Made by a program: the position numbers and the translations under genes | Shown here: positions 62,046-64,000 of the stretch, piece after piece | How the letters are laid out: every line of letters starts with the position of its first letter | Position numbering within the stretch: the stretch's first letter is position 1 | Notes under the pieces: model-generated | Database searches by the model: none | The model's input: only the letters and a program-made list of their open reading frames with translations | What the model was told of the DNA's origin: nothing | Assembly: GCA_030770535.1 (NCBI GenBank) | Contig: JASVEC010000014.1 | Location: 310,001 to 374,000, forward strand | Direction of reading: 5' to 3' | Length of the DNA stretch: 64,000 nucleotides | DNA from: Batkoa obscura | Lineage: Eukaryota

Positions 62046-64000
62046 TTAAAATCGCCATTTCCTAAGAAAACAAACATTAATATTATTAAAATATCAACTA
62101 ATGAATTTATTCGCTTACTTTAATTTTTTAGTAATTGAAGTTAAATCCAAATCCAAGAAAGTCTCAATAAATTTGCCAATATCAGTATTCTATAATATTA
62201 TAATGAAAATAAGATAAAATAAAATAAAGGTAAAAATAAATTAATATCGATATTATAATACATAATAATAAAATTACCTCTTTACTCCCATGCAAGTGAT
62301 GTGCACCTTTACCATAAGCATATAAATTTACATCCACACCAGTATGGCCATGAGTTGTCCACTAAAGTACAAAAAAATAAAAGAATAAGTATTAAATATC
62401 AATTAATTTATCAACTTACCCCTAAATTAGCTCTTCTAGAAACTACATTACCAAGTTGAGCTTTTAAATCAAATAAAGTATTAGCATGGTTAATAGCTTC
62501 AATTTCAACCTCAGTAGGATCGGAGATACCCATAGATTCCTGTAATATTTTATTTTCAATAAAATTAGCTTTATCTTTCCCAGTGAAATTCATGATTTCT
62601 TCAGCTAGTTTTTCAGTTGATTTTTTTACCCTGGCAATAACTTCTGGATGCCTAAAATACAATTAATTACAATTTTATTAGTTAGAACAAAGTGAAAGAC
62701 TTATTTCTTTACCATATGTATTCGGGATAAGCAGCAGTTAATTGACGACCTAAAGTGAAGCCACCAGTTTCATGATCACTTACCTAGAAATTCAAGATAA
62801 GAATAATGATTGAATGTTTCTAACTTTTCAAATTTACTGAAATCATGACTGTATCTGAATTTTTAGCTACAAAATCTTTAACTACTTTTACTGTTTCATA
62901 ATAAGCTAAAATATCATGAGCATGAGCAACGGGATCATTGCTAAATAGAAATATTCAATAAAAATAAAAATAAAAATGGATTTTTAATAGATTACTCATG
63001 AGCTGCCATATCGATTCTGGAACCTTCGATCATTAAAAAAAATCCATGAGTTTTTTTCTTAGTTAAATTATTTAATATTTGTATAGTTTTTTTGGCCATT
63101 TCTTTTAAAGCAGGTTGTTGTGAACTATCTCGGTCAATTTCATAATCCATATGCTAAAATAAATAATAAACAACAATAAATAATAAATAATAAATAATAA
63201 ATGGTTGAATTATTAATATTTACCCCATTAGCAAACAAACCCGCCAATGGAAGCTTTACATTATTATCATCAATTTCTTCAAACTCCTTTTTTTCAAATA
63301 CGAAATTCCAACCTAATTCATTTCCTTTTTTAATTAAATCTAAATTATCCGATCTACAAGAACCTGTAGTATTTCTATCCAAAAATTCACATTTACCACC
63401 ACCAAACATAATATCTACATTTCTACCTAATGGATATAATCCAATTTGTTGTTCTGCTATTTTATTTTCCATATCCCTAGAGATAACATGGGCTGAGAAA
63501 GAAGCAGGTGTAGCATGTGTAATTCTTGAAGTGGCTACTAAACCAGTTAAAAAACCTCTTTTTTTAGCTGCTTCTAAAACAGTACCGCATGGACGTTGGT
63601 GTTGATCAACTATAAAAATATGCATAATGAGTTAAACTTAATATAAAATACTTTTATTGACATTTTTACAATAAAATTTAAAACTTACCTCCAATAGCAC
63701 CATTATAACTTTTTAAACCACAAGAAAAAGCGGTAGCTCCAGCAGCTGAATCTGTAATTACACTGGATGAAGAACGTGTTCTTGATTGTCCAATTAAAAT
63801 TTGATCCAATGGGGTGATAGATGAATAAGTATTATTATGTACAAACTGATGAAACGTTCGTCCATAAGTTTCACTGGCTGGTCCAAAACCATCTGATATC
63901 ATGATAATTACATTACGCTTGTTACCTAAAAAGAGAATTACAATTAATAAAAAATGAAAGAGATTTAACGAATTACCATAGTGTGGGGAATAGGACACTA
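62046..64000 (-). CDS. PHO8: Alkaline phosphatase (Pho8-like); 5' end lies outside the window
   Basis: MISDGFGPASE, TDSAAGATAFSCG, TSRITHATPASF, IEGSRIDMAAH, SDHETGG and THGHTGVDVNLY. Confidence 0.92.

Noticed and set aside
12612..64000. Possible phosphate cluster (PHO89, PHO8, STAR2-like)
   Set aside because: PHO89 and PHO8 are about 48 kb apart with unrelated genes between; no CACGTG site seen upstream of PHO89

Overview
This is eukaryotic, very AT-rich and gene-dense DNA with many short (about 45-90 nt) GT-AG introns. It is consistent with an early-diverging fungus; Zoopagomycota/Entomophthorales-like is my inference, not a verified assignment. I reconstructed 27 protein genes by hand. 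Housekeeping or recognisable genes: MKK1-like MAPKK, macrodomain, SMP-30/gluconolactonase, derlin, UPF0014 permease, trypsin, PHO89, saccharopine-dehydrogenase-like, RPS18, TMEM97/EXPERA, CHS7, tetraspanin, PTH2, bS21m, two Ran1/Pat1-like kinases, MGM101, SQOR, a mini homeobox gene, LTA4H and a partial alkaline phosphatase. Most notable observations: (1) 13 copies of a ~95-bp MITE with GGG...CCC ends and 4-bp AWWT-type target duplications (Sola-like), one interrupted by a 400-bp solo LTR and one a head-to-head chimera; (2) an intronless protein with a putative MLKL-like helical N-terminus joined to Sel1 repeats without a kinase; (3) three RING-H2/coiled-coil paralogs that share a 25-nt microexon; (4) a 3-nt microexon in LTA4H; (5) a secreted protein with a duplicated two-Cys domain I do not recognise; (6) a ~185-bp-period tandem array between the two kinases. 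All family calls come from motif recognition; no database searches were run.
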